From Christensenellales bacterium (GTDB lineage: Bacteria > Bacillota > Clostridia > Christensenellales > CAG-138): 48,538 nucleotides of DNA. The position numbers and the translations under genes are program-made. The stretch is taken from positions 1 to 48,538 of the forward strand of contig DBFNRV010000056.1 of the NCBI GenBank assembly GCA_048421225.1, in the 5' to 3' direction. Below, piece after piece: positions 8,724 through 17,881 of this stretch; the stretch's first letter is position 1; each line of letters opens with the position of its first letter. Under the pieces are notes generated by a model. The model searched no databases. It was not told where the DNA came from and worked only from the letters and a program-made list of their open reading frames with translations.

Positions 8724-9122
8724 ATGAGAGGCACAAAATCCTCCAATGAAACCGGCGGCAGCATAATACCTCAGCTGATAAAGGCTGGTCTTATAGCCTC
8801 TGTACTCAGCATAGCGCTGATAGTACTTTTTGCGGTAGCGCTGCAGCAATCGTGGCTGGGCGACGGCAGCATAGCGGTGGTAACATCGGTTATAAAGGTC
8901 CTTGGCGCCGCGCTTGCTTCGTTCGTAATAACAAGAAAGTGTAAAAGCCGCGCATGGGTATACGGGGCGCTCGCGGGCATTGTCTATGCCCTGATGGCCT
9001 TCGCAATCTTTTCAGCGCTATCGGGTACGTTTTCCATCACTCTAGCGCTGCTGTGCGATATGGCCATAGGCGCTTTGGCGGGAATGCTTACGGCCATGAT
9101 AATAAAAGCATTGGGTGGATAA
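8724..9122 (+). CDS. Small 4-TM membrane protein (TIGR04086/YrzE-like)
   Basis: 132 aa with four hydrophobic Gly/Ala-rich helices. The layout resembles the TIGR04086 family. The assignment is from memory only. Confidence 0.5.
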   Translation: MRGTKSSNETGGSIIPQLIKAGLIASVLSIALIVLFAVALQQSWLGDGSIAVVTSVIKVLGAALASFVITRKCKSRAWVYGALAGIVYALMAFAIFSALSGTFSITLALLCDMAIGALAGMLTAMIIKALGG

Positions 9123-9169
9123 GCCTGTTGCGCGTTACATTTACCCGGCTTTTTAACGTGTGAAAATTT

Positions 9170-9201
9170 AAAGGAGCCGAGTTGCATCCCAGCTCCTTTT
9201 T
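9170..9201. terminator. Bidirectional terminator
   Basis: AAAGGAGC (9170-9177) pairs with GCTCCTTT (9192-9199). T-runs follow on both strands. It lies between convergent genes. Confidence 0.6.
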
Positions 9202-9208
9202 GCATCTT

Positions 9209-9958
9209 TCATTCTTCGTCTTCCTCTTCGGGAAGCACCGCGTTATGATAGACCTCCTGAACGTCTTCATTGTCTTCAAGCCTTTCAAGCAGGCGCTCCA
9301 CCTTCTGCACCATTTCAGGGTCTGAGGATATGTCAACCGTGTTTTGGGGTATCATGCTCAGCTCAGCCGAAAGGAATCCATATCCGGCGGATTCGAGGGC
9401 CTCTCTCACCGCTGAGAAGTCTGACACGGAAGTATATACCTCGTATACGTCGTCCTGGGGTATAAAGTCCTCTGCTCCTGCTTCAATCGCGGCCATCATA
9501 AGCTCGTCTTCATCTATTGACGCGCTTCTTTCAATTATCATTACTCCACGCTTATCAAACATCCAGCCTACGCACCCCGACGAGCCCATGGAGCCGCCGT
9601 TTTTATCAAATATATGGCGCACGTCCGCGGCCGCGCGGTTCCTGTTGTCCGTGACCACCTCTACGATTACAGCTGTCCCTCCAGGGCCGTAACCCTCGTA
9701 GGTTATCTCCTCGTAATTCACGTTGCCAAGCTCGCCCGCCGCCTTTTTAATCGAACGGGAAATATTGTCGTTTGGCATATTGCTTGCTTTTGCCTTTGCA
9801 ATTACATCCCTAAGCTTGGAGTTGTTTGACGGGTCTGAACCGCCTTCTTTGACCGCAATGGCAATTTCACGGCCAATCTTTGTAAAGATTTTGCCGCGCT
9901 GAGCGTCGGTCTTCTCCTTTTTATTTTTAATATTAGCCCACTTGGAATGACCCGACAT
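9209..9958 (-). CDS. yebC: YebC/PmpR family DNA-binding transcriptional regulator
   Basis: [32 protein letters not shown] is the invariant YebC N-terminus. Confidence 0.95.
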   Translation of the reverse strand: MSGHSKWANIKNKKEKTDAQRGKIFTKIGREIAIAVKEGGSDPSNNSKLRDVIAKAKASNMPNDNISRSIKKAAGELGNVNYEEITYEGYGPGGTAVIVEVVTDNRNRAAADVRHIFDKNGGSMGSSGCVGWMFDKRGVMIIERSASIDEDELMMAAIEAGAEDFIPQDDVYEVYTSVSDFSAVREALESAGYGFLSAELSMIPQNTVDISSDPEMVQKVERLLERLEDNEDVQEVYHNAVLPEEEDEE

Positions 9959-10097
9959 TATGCTACCTCCTAATTATATATCTATAAAGCGCCTTGACGC
10001 CCAATAATTATATACCACATTATTAATTTACACAACAATAAGTTAAGCGGCAAGTCATTAAGCCGCGAGAACCGGCCCGCCCGCATGTATTGCCCAT

Positions 10098-10691
10098 TTA
10101 TGGCTCGCCGGCCGGCAGCGTAGCCAACTCCTCAAGCTTTGCCCTTACCGATTGAAGATCCTCCCATGACTCCCTCTTTTTTGCCGGGTCCCTGAGAAGC
10201 GCCGCCGGATGATAGGTTGGGATTATGTATACGCCCTTGCTTTGCTTCCATACGCCGCGGTCGCGGGTGATCTTTATCTGTGGGTCATATATGTATTTCG
10301 ACGCTACCGCGCCCAGGCACACTATAATCTTGGGGTTTACAAGCGCAACCTGGGCCCTCAAGTATGGCAAACAGGCCGCCGCCTCGTCATCGTTCGGATT
10401 CCGGTTGTTCGGGGGACGGCACTTGACAATATTCGCAATGTACGCGTTGTCCCTGCTAAGGCCAATAGCATCAAGCATTTTGTCAAGCAGCTTTCCAGCG
10501 GCGCCAACAAACGGAAGCCCCTGCAGGTCCTCGTCGCGCCCTGGCCCTTCACCGATGAACATTACCGGAGCGCGGGGGTTTCCGTCGCCTATTACCACGT
10601 TGTTTCGTCCTTCGTGCAATCCGCACTTCTTACAATCCTTCAGACTCGAATATAAATCAGACCAAGCATACCTCATGTGTAACACCGCCAT
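10098..10691 (-). CDS. Uracil-DNA glycosylase, family 4
   Basis: Motifs [33 protein letters not shown] and HPAALLR are family-4 UDG signatures, with an N-terminal Cys pair. The start is uncertain (M1 or M6). Confidence 0.85.
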   Translation of the reverse strand: MAVLHMRYAWSDLYSSLKDCKKCGLHEGRNNVVIGDGNPRAPVMFIGEGPGRDEDLQGLPFVGAAGKLLDKMLDAIGLSRDNAYIANIVKCRPPNNRNPNDDEAAACLPYLRAQVALVNPKIIVCLGAVASKYIYDPQIKITRDRGVWKQSKGVYIIPTYHPAALLRDPAKKRESWEDLQSVRAKLEELATLPAGEP

Positions 10692-10965
10692 ATAAAAGTG
10701 TAATTAAATTTAACGATAATACATGATATCATACGCAGCCTTGGATTTAAAGCTGTTGATCAAGCTATCATCAAACGTTTTTGCTTAATCCGAATTGACT
10801 TCGCGCTCTATTAGCTACATAATATAAGTGAAAGGAACTTTTATGTACTCTACACTTTTATATAACAACAATAGGATCCGCTGAAAGCTATGGTCCACAC
10901 TTTCGGCCTGGTAAAACCAGGTCTGCTTTATCTGCAAATCAGTTAATATATAAGGAGTGTTAGAC

Positions 10966-11616
10966 GTGAAAATTGAAAATAATGTACTCACGGAAGGTTT
11001 AAAAAATGTTCTATTCATAAGCGGCGGCGCGTATGGCGGAAAGACGACGACGGCTAAAAAGCTTCAGCAAAAGTATGGATTTGTCCGTTACCGCGAGGGC
11101 AACATGTGGGACGGGCACATGACATATGCGCAGCCCTCCTCCCAGCCCGCAATGTGCCACGACAGAAGCCTAGACTGGAATGGTTTTTATAACCAGCCTG
11201 CGGACAGACATCACCAATGGCTGGACGCCACCGTAAGGGAGGAGGCCGAGATGGCAATTATAGACCTCATAAAACTTTCCCATTCGCGGCGGGTCGTAGC
11301 CGATGTGCTGATTCCCCCCGATATGCTTAAGGAAATAGCCGGCTACCGCCAGGTTGCGCTCCTGTTTGCTCCCGTTGAAATGAAGCGGGCACATTACTTT
11401 GACAGGGAGGACAAAAGGCCTATGTTGAACCACATAATGTCCATGCCCAATCCGGAACAAACGCTGGAAAACGTGCTTGACGCCCTGACGTATGAAGGCG
11501 AAAAGGAGCTACGGTCGTTTTACAACAGCGGCTTTAAGTGCATAATGAGATCCCCCGACAGGCCGGTCGATGAAACGTTCAATGAAATCGAGCGGCATTT
11601 CGGGCTATTGAGCTAA
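10966..11616 (+). CDS. P-loop NTPase / kinase-like hypothetical protein
   Basis: A Walker A-like GGAYGGKTT lies near the N-terminus. GTG at 10966, 8 nt after AAGGAG, is preferred over the GTG at 10957 that overlaps the RBS. Confidence 0.55.
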   Translation: MKIENNVLTEGLKNVLFISGGAYGGKTTTAKKLQQKYGFVRYREGNMWDGHMTYAQPSSQPAMCHDRSLDWNGFYNQPADRHHQWLDATVREEAEMAIIDLIKLSHSRRVVADVLIPPDMLKEIAGYRQVALLFAPVEMKRAHYFDREDKRPMLNHIMSMPNPEQTLENVLDALTYEGEKELRSFYNSGFKCIMRSPDRPVDETFNEIERHFGLLS

Positions 11617-11629
11617 TATTCGCCAACAT

Positions 11630-11655
11630 GGGGAGCCTGGCTTAACAGGCTCCCC
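11630..11655. terminator. Strong hairpin between convergent genes
   Basis: GGGGAGCC (11630-11637) pairs with GGCTCCCC (11648-11655), with a 10-nt loop. There is no clear U-tract on either strand. Confidence 0.4.
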
Positions 11656-11688
11656 ATTGATATACCCTGTAAAATTAGAACACTTGGA

Positions 11689-11994
11689 TTATACGTAAAT
11701 CCTCAGCATCGAATTCATCTCGTAATGGGTAGGCTTATAGTTGCGCTTGACATACCTCGCCTTTTCATCGCTGTTTTTGAGCGGCCCGTCGTTAAGCCAG
11801 TCTACGAACGCGTCGCCCTCGAAGTCAAGAATTCTGCTCCCTTCCTCGTCAATAATCCAGTAACCATGGTCGTTCTCCGGATTGTATATCCATTTTACAA
11901 ATTCATCGTTATAATATGAGTAGTTATCCACTATTAAATCGGGGCACTCTATAATATCCGTGGTATTGTCAGAGAACAGCAAAAACCGTTTCAT
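11689..11994 (-). CDS. Small cytosolic protein, paralog B of the cassette
   Basis: 101 aa, with RBS GGAGGG 7 nt upstream. It shares DI[IV]ECP, EF..W, GY.I.DEE and FVDWLN..PLK...KAR.VKR.Y.P blocks with the adjacent ORF 12032-12340. Confidence 0.6.
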   Translation of the reverse strand: MKRFLLFSDNTTDIIECPDLIVDNYSYYNDEFVKWIYNPENDHGYWIIDEEGSRILDFEGDAFVDWLNDGPLKNSDEKARYVKRNYKPTHYEMNSMLRIYV

Positions 11995-12031
11995 TAATAT
12001 CCCTCCAAAGTTTTTTAATTATAAACACAGG

Positions 12032-12340
12032 CTAAAAGTTTATCTTCGGCATATTCTTCACCTCAGATGGCAATGGATAATAATCGCGTTTGACAATCCG
12101 CGCCTTATCCTTACCGCCTTTAAGCGGAACCGCGTTGAGCCAGTCAACAAATGTGTCCGCGTTAAAGGAAATCCCTAGCTCGGCCTCTTCGTCAGAAATA
12201 TGATAACCGCTAGCTTTCCTGCGGCACTCTACCCTCCATGCATCGAATTCCCTCTGGTAATGCGCAAGGTTTTCCGCAATAGACTCGGGGCACTCGACTA
12301 TATCGGCATCATAGCCCCAATAAAGCATAATCCTCGTCAT
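12032..12340 (-). CDS. Small cytosolic protein, paralog A of the cassette
   Basis: 102 aa, with RBS AGGAGGG upstream. Its ATG overlaps the TGA of the upstream S8-like gene (ATGA). It is paralogous to 11689-11994. Confidence 0.6.
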   Translation of the reverse strand: MTRIMLYWGYDADIVECPESIAENLAHYQREFDAWRVECRRKASGYHISDEEAELGISFNADTFVDWLNAVPLKGGKDKARIVKRDYYPLPSEVKNMPKINF

Positions 12341-13080
12341 GGGCGTTCCCTCCTTTCCTTTTCGTTTATGTCTTTAATCATAGTAACTATGTTTAAGTAG
12401 GAATTGCCGCTATACATGCTAATCCCCTCCTGATTAAAAACGAGAATCTGTGATGAAGTATATGAAGTATCTGTGGGTTTATATTCTATCCTGCGGTCAC
12501 TCCCGCTGGCATATACGCCTTCGTACATGGCCGGATAGTCGGCAATGCTACTGAAGCGATTGTTATAACTGGCGTATATTTTGATATCAGGATGGTTCAA
12601 AACCCACTCCCTTAACTCCTCGCTATAGTATGGCGAACTTAAGCTAAGGCATACATAACCTATCCCATTAACGGCCATCCAGTCCAGCGCTTCTATTATG
12701 GCTGACGAGCTTATCATACCGTCCTCATCTGCCGCGCAGTAGTAGTATAGCTTTTTATAATAGCATAAATCGCCAAGAAAGTTAAGCATATCGTCGCCAT
12801 GCGTAGTCGCGCCGGCTCTGTTGGCGGCATTTCCAGCCAACACTACCTCGTCGCCATAGGTACCATTGAGCCAAGTATCTATAACTCCAATCTCACCATG
12901 TATCTCTGTCCTATCAGTTATGATAACGTAACTCCGCGTTATCGCAACAGAAAGTATTCCTACTAATAGAATTATGCCAGTACCTATAGCAATAACAAGC
13001 TTATACGATTTTTTGTTTCCAGACTGAATGCTCTTTTCCATAAAAACAATCAAACATCGTAGTAGGGCAATCCATACCAT
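12337..13080 (-). CDS. Membrane-anchored compact S8 (subtilisin-like) serine peptidase homolog
   Basis: One N-terminal TM helix (LVIAIGTGIILLVGILSVAI). Blocks then align in order to subtilisin: IGVIDTW (Asp), ATTHGDDM (His), VCLSLSS, IYASYNN (oxyanion Asn), DYPAMYEGVYASGS and YSGNSYLN (Ser). The alternative start is ATG 13041 (MEKS...). Confidence 0.65.
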   Translation of the reverse strand: MVWIALLRCLIVFMEKSIQSGNKKSYKLVIAIGTGIILLVGILSVAITRSYVIITDRTEIHGEIGVIDTWLNGTYGDEVVLAGNAANRAGATTHGDDMLNFLGDLCYYKKLYYYCAADEDGMISSSAIIEALDWMAVNGIGYVCLSLSSPYYSEELREWVLNHPDIKIYASYNNRFSSIADYPAMYEGVYASGSDRRIEYKPTDTSYTSSQILVFNQEGISMYSGNSYLNIVTMIKDINEKERRERP

Positions 13081-13883
13081 GCATGAGCGCCGTTCCTGTT
13101 TGCCGTATGATAATGATTAAAAGTAAAATGTTTTGGCTTACGGTGTGCTTCATCATGCGTATAACCTAGGCCTGTATTGCTTACTGCCGATCTTGCATTT
13201 GACTTGTAGAATGTATAAATGCTTTGACCAGAAGCTACTCTATTTGTAGCGGACGTTTTTGAAATGCTATGGTACAATGCCACAAATATTGTCTTACTGC
13301 CCAAATATGCCCTGTAGTATTTTGATATATACGAATTCTCCTTTATCTTTTCAATCACCCTGGGCACGGCGTAATATACGATTCCTCCGATGATGACTGT
13401 CAGAACCAATCCAAGTAAAATCTTCAGTAACAAAAGCAGACTTATGCCGCCTCCAATAACTATTGACGCTTGGCCTGTGTATACGTCCGGTACTATATCC
13501 TGATACGAAGTATATGTTTCTACTTTTGCCCCATTTTCATTCCATACTTCAACATTGACCTTTTCCTCATATAAATCGGATATTTCCAATACGTAATTTT
13601 CTTTGCGTTTATTATCATTATTATATGCGTAGGCGCTGCAGGTGCCGTCACTATTCAAGGTAAGCTTGCCATCGTAGCCTCCCTCAGCTTCTATGGTTAT
13701 AGTTCCATTATCCGACATCTTTACTGAAAAATCAATTCCTTCATATGTTACTACTTCATTATAAATATAAGATTTATTGTCACCCGACAAATCCTCAATT
13801 ATTTCGGTAGCATTAGTTGACGTTATAAATATTGATAATGCCAATACTAACGCTACAATTACAATTAGTCTTTTAGCTTTCAT
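13050..13883 (-). CDS. Signal-peptide protein with one TM segment and a His-rich C-terminal domain
   Basis: MKAKRLIVIVALVLALSIFITSTNA is signal-peptide-like. It is followed by a ~115-aa beta-rich domain, a 33-aa hydrophobic segment, and a ~100-aa tail ending THDEAHRKPKHFTFNHYHTANRNGAHAWYGLPYYDV. RBS AGGAGA lies 7 nt upstream. Confidence 0.65.
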   Translation of the reverse strand: MKAKRLIVIVALVLALSIFITSTNATEIIEDLSGDNKSYIYNEVVTYEGIDFSVKMSDNGTITIEAEGGYDGKLTLNSDGTCSAYAYNNDNKRKENYVLEISDLYEEKVNVEVWNENGAKVETYTSYQDIVPDVYTGQASIVIGGGISLLLLLKILLGLVLTVIIGGIVYYAVPRVIEKIKENSYISKYYRAYLGSKTIFVALYHSISKTSATNRVASGQSIYTFYKSNARSAVSNTGLGYTHDEAHRKPKHFTFNHYHTANRNGAHAWYGLPYYDV

Positions 13884-13918
13884 TTTTTTATCTCCTATTT
13901 CGATATATTACTATTTCA

Positions 13919-13947
13919 AGTCTATAAAATAGTGCGACTTATGTCAA
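13919..13947 (-). promoter_or_regulatory. Candidate promoter of the four-gene cassette
   Basis: The minus strand reads TTGACA, a 17-nt spacer, then TAGACT, in an AT-rich intergenic region about 35 nt upstream of the ATG. Confidence 0.35.
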
Positions 13948-14005
13948 TATTATTTATTATTATTTGTAATGTAATTTGTCATTTTAAGCTTAATTTATCT
14001 TATGT

Positions 14006-14038
14006 AAAAAGGAGCCGGCTCCAAATCTGAGCGGCTCC
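14006..14038 (-). terminator. Terminator downstream of asnS
   Basis: GGAGCCG (14011-14017) pairs with CGGCTCC (14032-14038). TTTTT follows on the minus strand. Confidence 0.5.
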
Positions 14039-14061
14039 CCCTGCCAGTTTCAATTAAATTG

Positions 14062-15444
14062 TTACATAACCAGGCTTCCGGCTGTGCGCGGGAAGGGAAG
14101 GACGTCCCTGATGTTTGTAATTCCGGTTACATACATCACCATGCGTTCAAAGCCAAGGCCGTAGCCCGCGTGTTCTACCCCGCCGTATTTACGCAGCTCC
14201 AGATACCAGTCATACGCCTCCTTATTGAGATTAAGCTCATCCATCCTATAGTTCAGGACGTCCAGCCGCTCCTCGCGCTGGCTCCCGCCTATCAGCTCCC
14301 CAATGCCAGGAACCAATAGGTCTACGGCGGCCACCGTCTTTCCATCGTCGTTTAGGCGCATGTAAAACGCCTTTATCTCCTTAGGGTAATTGGTGACAAA
14401 CACCGGCCTCTTATATACCTGCTCGGTAAGATAGCGCTCATGCTCGGTCTGCAGGTCGCAACCATAGTAGACCGGATATGCAAATTCCACCTTGGATTCC
14501 TCAAGCAGCTTTACGGCGTCCGTATACGTTATTCTAGCGAATGAGGATTCTACGACGTTGTTCAGCCTGCTTACAAGCTCTTTATCAACAAAACTGTTGA
14601 AGAACTCGATCTCATCCGGACAGCGCTCCATAACCGTACTTATTATATATTTGATCATGTCTTCGGCCACGTCCATATCGCCGTTTAAGTCGCAAAACGC
14701 CATCTCCGGCTCAATCATCCAAAACTCAGCGGCATGGCGGGCGGTATTCGAGTTTTCAGCCCTAAACGTGGGTCCAAACGTATAAATGTCCCGGAACGCA
14801 AGCGCGAACGCCTCGCCGTATAGCTGGCCGCTCACGGTGAGGTTGGACTGGGTTGCGAAAAAATCCTTCGAATAATCGGGCTTGCCATCCTTGGTCAGGG
14901 GCGGCGTAACCGGATCCATCGTCGTTACCCTGAACATCTCCCCCGCACCTTCGCAATCGCTTGCCGTAAGTATCGGGGTGTGTACGTAAACGAAACCCCG
15001 CTCATCAAAAAACCTGTGAATCGCCTGCGCTACAACGCTGCGAACGCGGAACACCGCCTGAAAGGTATTGGTTCTCGGCCTAAGATGCTGTATTGTCCTA
15101 AGAAACTCAAGCGAGTGCCGCTTTTTTTGAAGCGGATACGAACTATCGCACTCCCCTATTACCTCTAGCACGGATGCGTGTATTTCAAAGGGCTGCTTTG
15201 CGTCCGGCGTAAGAACTAGCTCCCCCTTTGCCGATATAGCGCAGCCAGTATTGATATTTTTTAAAAGTTCCTGGGGGAACCTATCGCATTCATAAACAAT
15301 CTGAACCGTACGGAATGATGTGCCGTCAGTAATTTCAATAAATCCAACGGATTTACTCTGGCGCTCTGTCTTTACCCAGCCCTCAACGGCAATGCTGCCC
15401 GCATATGCCTCGGGCCTGGCGTGTATTTCGCTTAATTTTGCCAT
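14062..15444 (-). CDS. asnS: Asparagine--tRNA ligase
   Basis: Class IIb motifs [21 protein letters not shown] and GGSQREER, plus the C-terminal [13 protein letters not shown]...IRDVLPFPR. The start at ATG 15444 (MAKL) lies 8 nt after GGAGG. Confidence 0.95.
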   Translation of the reverse strand: MAKLSEIHARPEAYAGSIAVEGWVKTERQSKSVGFIEITDGTSFRTVQIVYECDRFPQELLKNINTGCAISAKGELVLTPDAKQPFEIHASVLEVIGECDSSYPLQKKRHSLEFLRTIQHLRPRTNTFQAVFRVRSVVAQAIHRFFDERGFVYVHTPILTASDCEGAGEMFRVTTMDPVTPPLTKDGKPDYSKDFFATQSNLTVSGQLYGEAFALAFRDIYTFGPTFRAENSNTARHAAEFWMIEPEMAFCDLNGDMDVAEDMIKYIISTVMERCPDEIEFFNSFVDKELVSRLNNVVESSFARITYTDAVKLLEESKVEFAYPVYYGCDLQTEHERYLTEQVYKRPVFVTNYPKEIKAFYMRLNDDGKTVAAVDLLVPGIGELIGGSQREERLDVLNYRMDELNLNKEAYDWYLELRKYGGVEHAGYGLGFERMVMYVTGITNIRDVLPFPRTAGSLVM

Positions 15445-15477
15445 TATCAATACCTCCGCAAACTAAGGATTCCCGAC

Positions 15478-15506
15478 ATTATATCACGCTATCCCACGCC
15501 AGGCAA
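15478..15506 (-). promoter_or_regulatory. Candidate asnS promoter with extended -10
   Basis: The minus strand reads TTGCCT, a 17-nt spacer ending in TGA, then TATAAT. Confidence 0.45.
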
Positions 15507-15643
15507 GTTCTAAGAGCCCCAAACGCGCAATGATAAGCCAGGCGTGGCTTTTATAATTTTTTAACGATCTTTATATAATCATGCTGGACTTGACGCCCAT
15601 GCCATTTTATAATTAACCGTTACCAGTAAACGCGGGAGGAATT

Positions 15644-16563
15644 ATGAGAAACATCATTGAAGTAAGCGGGCTAAAAAAGAGCTATGGCAGCGTCAGGGCG
15701 GTAAATGGCATCGACTTTTCTGTGGATAGGGGAACATTGTTTGCCTTCCTCGGTCCAAACGGCGCCGGAAAGTCGACCCAATCGATATGGTTTGCACGCT
15801 GCTTGCCCCTGACTCAGGCACAGTTGTTGTTGACGGCTGCGTGCTTGGCAGGGACGACGCAGCCATCAGGGCTATAATCGGCGTTGTGTTTCAGGATCAT
15901 GTCCTGGATCCGCTCCTTACCGTGCGGGAAAATCTGTTAACAAGAGCGCGCTTTTACGGCACAACCGGAGGCAAGGCCAAGGAGGCCGCGAATGCCGCCG
16001 CCGAGGCGGCGGGCGCGGCGGAATTCGCGGACCGGCGATATGGAAAGCTATCCGGAGGCCAGAAACGCCGCGCAGATATTGCCAGGGCGCTCGTCAACAC
16101 GCCAAAGATCCTGTTCTTAGATGAACCTACCACCGGCCTCGATCCAAAAACCAAAGGAGACGTATGGCGCACAATAACGGAGTTGCAGCGTGAAACCGGC
16201 ATGACCGTATTCCTTACAACTCATTATATGGAAGAAGCCGCAGCCGCCGATTATATTACTATAATCGATAACGGTGAAATCGCCGTCCACGGCGCCCCAT
16301 ATGAGCTTGAGGAACGCTACAGCACGGATACAATGCGTTTGAAGCCAAAGAACAGGAAAAATTTAATCTCATATCTTCAGTCCCACAGTATCGAATATAA
16401 GGAGAAAAATGGCATCCTTTCCTTGGCCATGGACGATTCATTGTCAGCTATTCCGCTGCTGAATTCCATCGCCGCCATGATAGAGGGTTTTGAAGTCGTC
16501 CATGGTACTATGGAGGACGTTTTCATTCGGGTAACCGGCAAGGAGGCTGAAGACTATGCTTAA
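15644..16563 (+). pseudogene. ABC transporter ATP-binding protein with a 1-nt frameshift after Walker A
   Basis: ORF 15644-15877 ends its conserved part at [12 protein letters not shown] 15787-16563, in the +1 frame, continues as (P)[13 protein letters not shown]...LSGGQKRR...LFLDEPTTGLD. Only 2 nt (15779-15780) are left for the one residue expected between GKST and IDM. Confidence 0.8.
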
Positions 16564-17425
16564 TCTTACGCAAAGAAACCTTAAGATGTTTTTCCGGCAG
16601 AAATCGGCCGTGTTCTTCTCCCTGCTCTCGGTCATCATTATCATTGCGCTTTACCTGCTGTATTTAGGCGACGTATGGCGGGAAAGCTTTGGCGATATCC
16701 CTGGAGTCGCCTTCCTGATGGACAGCTGGATAATGGCGGGGACGCTTGCGGTAACATCGATTACAACCACCATGGGCGCGTTTGGAACGATGATAAACGA
16801 TATCGAAACCCGAGTAATAAAGGATTTTAAATCGGCGCCGCTGAAGCGTTATCAGATAGCTGGCGGATACCTGGTCTCGGCCTACGTTATAGGGCTTATA
16901 ATGAGCCTGGCGACTTTGATACTTGCAGAGGTCTATATACTGATAGGCGGCGGCGAGCTCCTTCCCTTTGGAGCTATGATTAAGGTTCTTGGCGTGCTTC
17001 TTGTTTCCGTTATGGCGTCAAGCTCCATGACTTTTTTTCTGGTCAGCTTTTTTAACAACAGTAATACCTTTGGCACCGCAAGCACCGTTATCGGTACGAT
17101 GATAGGCTTTCTTACCGGAGTTTATCTTCCAATAGGCACGCTTCCCTCAGCGATGCAATGGGTGATAAAGCTATTCCCTGTTTCCCATTCGGCCGCGCTC
17201 ATTAAACAGATATTCCTTGAGGCGCCCATTCAGCAGAGTTTTGCCGGAGCGCCCGCCGCGGCGGTTTCCGACTTTAACGAGTTTATGGGGGTTACATTCA
17301 GCTTTGGCGGCTATACAATGACTCCTACCGTCCATCTAATCGTTCTTGTTGCGGTATCAGCGCTATTCTTTGCGCTTACAGTCCTCAATATTTCCCGCAA
17401 AAATACTGACGGCAATATACGGTAA
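16556..17425 (+). CDS. ABC-2 type transporter permease
   Basis: 289 aa with six hydrophobic segments. It overlaps the ATPase gene stop by 8 nt (ATGCTTAA). Confidence 0.8.
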   Translation: MLNLTQRNLKMFFRQKSAVFFSLLSVIIIIALYLLYLGDVWRESFGDIPGVAFLMDSWIMAGTLAVTSITTTMGAFGTMINDIETRVIKDFKSAPLKRYQIAGGYLVSAYVIGLIMSLATLILAEVYILIGGGELLPFGAMIKVLGVLLVSVMASSSMTFFLVSFFNNSNTFGTASTVIGTMIGFLTGVYLPIGTLPSAMQWVIKLFPVSHSAALIKQIFLEAPIQQSFAGAPAAAVSDFNEFMGVTFSFGGYTMTPTVHLIVLVAVSALFFALTVLNISRKNTDGNIR

Positions 17426-17881
17426 TCATGTGGCCTGGCCTTTGAGTAGGCGCGCGCAGTCCAAATGAAAAGAGCTTTGGCGCCAAGCGCCCTTGTCATA
17501 TCCATCGGCCAGCTTCTAAGGACATACCTTCAGCTTTTTTGGAAAATAAGAGCGCGACTTTCGGCGGGCGGGGGCTTACGTATGTAAAAAATGCGGGTTA
17601 TATTTCATACTGGAAGCTTCGGATGCGGTTATCACGCCGCTGTTGGACATCCGGATATCGCGCTCTATTGAAAAAATTTGATTTTAATGTCTTCAAAAAA
17701 GCGTTTAGGCGGCTTATATCAGTATTTTGGCTTTTAAGCCGAATGACAGGCAGACCCGAAGTTTCAATAACGAATTGACATTGCGGTTTCGTGGCGGGGA
17801 AAAACCCGCCGGAAAGGTAATATACGCCGTCAGGCTTCTCCCGTTTTTATATTTGCTGGAATTGCATCCGGTGAGCCGTCA

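Noticed and set aside
10966-13080. A P-loop protein plus S8 protease read as an Iet-like (ATPase + subtilase) defence pair.
   Set aside because: The P-loop gene is on the opposite strand, convergent, and separated by a strong hairpin. It is small (216 aa) and kinase-like rather than an AAA+ ATPase.
15451-15643. A T-box leader upstream of asnS (and likewise upstream of the AlaRS gene at 40802-40898).
   Set aside because: The leaders are too short (about 190 and 95 nt). Neither contains the T-box sequence (AGGGTGGTACCGCG-like) or a specifier/terminator architecture.
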